Assembly (NCBI GenBank): GCA_904063045.1
Contig: CAJFCJ010000005.1
Coordinates: 1,379,988-1,443,987, forward strand
DNA: 64,000 nucleotides
Direction of reading: 5' to 3'
From: Dimorphilus gyrociliatus
Taxonomy: Eukaryota; Animalia; Annelida
Below the pieces are notes generated by a model. That model was given only the letters and a program-made list of their open reading frames with translations, was not told where the DNA came from and made no database searches. Positions 61,609-64,000 of the stretch are shown piece after piece. The number at the start of each line of letters is the position of its first letter. Within the stretch, counting starts at the first letter, position 1. The position numbers were made by a program, and so were the translations under genes.

Positions 61609-62389
61609 TTAAAATTTTGATGTAGCATAATGAACGGGAAATTCAAATTTATGGCTTCCAGTTCCGAAGATATTCGGCAGCATCCCAGCATTTGGAATAA
61701 CATTCCAAGATAAACTTAAAGTAACATTTTTATGACCTCTGTTTGGAAAAAAGTCAGCGCTTAGTGTGAAAACAATTATTAGATAGAGGCTTACTTTAGT
61801 CCATGTCCATCATCGTGAAAGTAATATTTAGTATTCATACTACGATAGTCCAAAACAGCACTTTCACCTCTTTGAATAATTTTATCCCATAGAACGACTT
61901 GATTAATGGTCTTTAAAGAGAAAAAAGTTGATAAATTTTATATGTAAACATGAGAAAACATACGTTAGCTTTTGTTTCGTACTCCGCAGTCAAATATAAA
62001 AATAGTTGCTTAACATTCCAATTGAATAAATGGGTTAAATGTACTATGTTAAGGTTATTTTAAAAAAATTTTCAACCTAGACTACCTACTAATACGCTAT
62101 AACGTAAAAAGGATATCTGCTTTCAGGTCAAACGTAATAAATCCTAAGTCGCTTCTTTCTCTCCCTGCTCCAAAATCTGGCACCTTTTTGCTATAAAAAG
62201 TAAATTAACTTTAATCTCAAATATTTATTATACTTGTAATACTTACACAACAGCTTTTACCGTATTTATGCTCACTTTCGAATCATTTGTATTCAAACAA
62301 GTCGATAAGAAGCATAAAAATGTTAAGGCTGCCATTACGCTTAGAAAAAAAGCAAAAATAGTGTTTAGTCTAGACAAAAAGGTATTCAT
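61609..62389 (-). CDS. SPCS3: Signal peptidase complex subunit 3 (SPC22/23); absent from the ORF track
   Basis: Five exons give MNTFLSRLNTIFAFFLSVMAALTFLCF...[36 protein letters not shown]...[44 protein letters not shown]. Confidence 0.96.
62041..62116 (-). other. U12-type AT-AC intron in SPCS3
   Basis: On the minus strand: GCA G|ATATCCTTTT ... CCTTAAC (62048-62054) ATAGTAC|AT TTA. Splicing restores the conserved K-A-D-L. Confidence 0.95.
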
Positions 62390-62873
62390 TTTTGGATTTT
62401 TATGTAGACCCAACAATAGGCCGGCGATATTAAGGAATCTTACGTGGTATTGTAAAATTCTCTTTACCAGTTTTTTGGGTATGACTAGAATGCAGTCAAC
62501 CCAGAGCGATAAAACATTCTCGACAACTAAATCGTCACAAACCCTTTACTATAAATTAATTAATAAAAAAATCTCTAAATTAAAATACAATTTTGATAAA
62601 TTGCCTTGTCTTGAGCCACTGCTTATCATAGAAGACGTAATATCTCAGTGGAATTGCTAAATAAATATTTTTTTTTTATAAAGATTACACAATATTTGCG
62701 TAAAAAGTTTTCTTTGGATAGATCAGTTGGCTTTGAAAACATAAATGAAATTAATCAGATATAGTAATTGTTAATTATTTATATTCTTTTGATATTTTAA
62801 TTCAATTCTCTCTTATCAAAGGCAAAAACTAAAAAGTTTAAAAAGCATAAGTATGGAAAGTTTAAATATTATG

Positions 62874-64000
62874 TCAGAGTTCGGCATGAAAAGTATTCAA
62901 ATTAGGATCAATTTTCTTATCGTCACCTTTCCATTTATAATACGCTAATATAGCAGAGTTTCTCGCACTAATTATCGACATTTCAATAGCACTGGCTAAA
63001 CTTTCTATTGCATTATTATAATACAAATTATCCGCTAAAATGAAGCTGTTGGTCAGTTGCGGAGTAGAGTATTCTGGATAAGCTTTCCAGGAAATAACCT
63101 TTTTCTGTCGAATATTTTTAAACAGTTTGTTCAGCTGGTTGTCAGTTAACTCGTTGTTGGAAAATATTTTATATACAGAAAGATTTTTCATCTGTTCATT
63201 GTCACTATTGTAGTTAATTGGAGTTTGTTTTCCAATAGAATTATAAAATGACTTTATTGCAAGAATTACTTCTGGTTTTTCTTCGCCAAATTCCCAGAAT
63301 GAACTATTTAACTCTGCATTTACAAAGGTTGCAACTGTTTGATGCATTTGTAATGAAGGAAACTCCATTTCAAATCCAGATGTTTGCAGCATGTCTTTCT
63401 CCAAAGGAGCTGCAATAATAACTATATCATGAGAAAATTTCTCTTTGTCCGCAACTAGTGTAAATTTGTTATTATTTCTTTTAATGGTCATAATTTTGGT
63501 ATTTAAATGAACTTTTGCTTTTGATACTTGTATGAATCTTTCTACTAATCCCTTATTTCCGTTATGAATAGCCCAGAGACCTGATTGTATACCAGCCATA
63601 CATACTGATCCTACGAAAGCATGAGTTTCGTCTTGACCGTAATTCGTCCTTAAAGCAGCATTAGCAAAATCCAACATATTTTTACTCATTCCTGAACTCT
63701 TTAGAAGTTCCATCAAGGTTGTGTTAAGATACTTAGAAAATTCAACGTTCATAGCAGTTAAAAGCCCATTTGGATGAGAATAGCAAAAGCTCTCTGTTTG
63801 TAAATCATAAATATTTTCGAAATCTCGCAACATTCGTGATACGAGAGATTGAATTCTTATAGAGTCCAACTTGAAAAAATACAGCATTTGCATCAACTTC
63901 AAAATTTTATCTCGATACGTGTGAAGAATAACTTCTTTGTCATTTTGAACGAGGGAAAAACTTATATCAAGGTTTGATTCTCTTTGCTTTAACCCTGAGT
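62874..64000 (-). CDS. PCYOX1: Prenylcysteine oxidase 1-like (5' part outside the window)
   Basis: NYGQDETHAFVGSVCMAG..LWAIHNGNKGLV, WKAYPEYS, LYYNNAIESLASAIEMSIISARNSAILAY and the ER-retention motif HAEL*. The frame stays open to the window edge. Confidence 0.9.
   Translation of the reverse strand, partial: SGLKQRESNLDISFSLVQNDKEVILHTYRDKILKLMQMLYFFKLDSIRIQSLVSRMLRDFENIYDLQTESFCYSHPNGLLTAMNVEFSKYLNTTLMELLKSSGMSKNMLDFANAALRTNYGQDETHAFVGSVCMAGIQSGLWAIHNGNKGLVERFIQVSKAKVHLNTKIMTIKRNNNKFTLVADKEKFSHDIVIIAAPLEKDMLQTSGFEMEFPSLQMHQTVATFVNAELNSSFWEFGEEKPEVILAIKSFYNSIGKQTPINYNSDNEQMKNLSVYKIFSNNELTDNQLNKLFKNIRQKKVISWKAYPEYSTPQLTNSFILADNLYYNNAIESLASAIEMSIISARNSAILAYYKWKGDDKKIDPNLNTFHAEL

Noticed and set aside
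62268-62660. Plus-strand 130-aa ORF
   Set aside because: Overlaps SPCS3 exon 1 and its upstream region on the opposite strand, and SPCS3 explains the sequence.

Overview
AT-rich, gene-dense metazoan genomic DNA with mostly ~45-110 nt introns. The gene content and compactness suggest a small-genome spiralian such as a miniature annelid, but this is inference and species identity cannot be checked here. I assembled about 19 protein-coding genes by hand-splicing. In order: a zinc-finger/WD40 GTF3C2-like gene, an Emi1/Emi2-type F-box gene, POLR2K, NUP54, PGK, a secreted chymotrypsin-like protease, SLC25A15, domino (SRCAP/EP400), beta-sarcoglycan, MIEAP/SPATA18, scribble, MANF, two unassigned genes, a CG9801-type PP2C-like gene, a non-alpha nAChR-type subunit, a divergent TALE homeobox gene, SPCS3 (missed by the ORF track) and a partial PCYOX1. 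No tRNA, rRNA, CRISPR array or intact mobile element was supported. The most notable observation is a protease whose N-terminal module is the poorly understood 'optional C-terminal domain' of alpha-amylases. Other highlights: a ZNF512-like zinc-finger array spliced in frame to the TFIIIC WD40 subunit; a domino gene that appears to switch between AT-hook and SANT tails by retaining a 1.8-kb coding intron that contains a long RNA stem; a TALE homeodomain with Y47/T50; and two minor-spliceosome (U12) introns. Family assignments rest on remembered motifs, not database searches.
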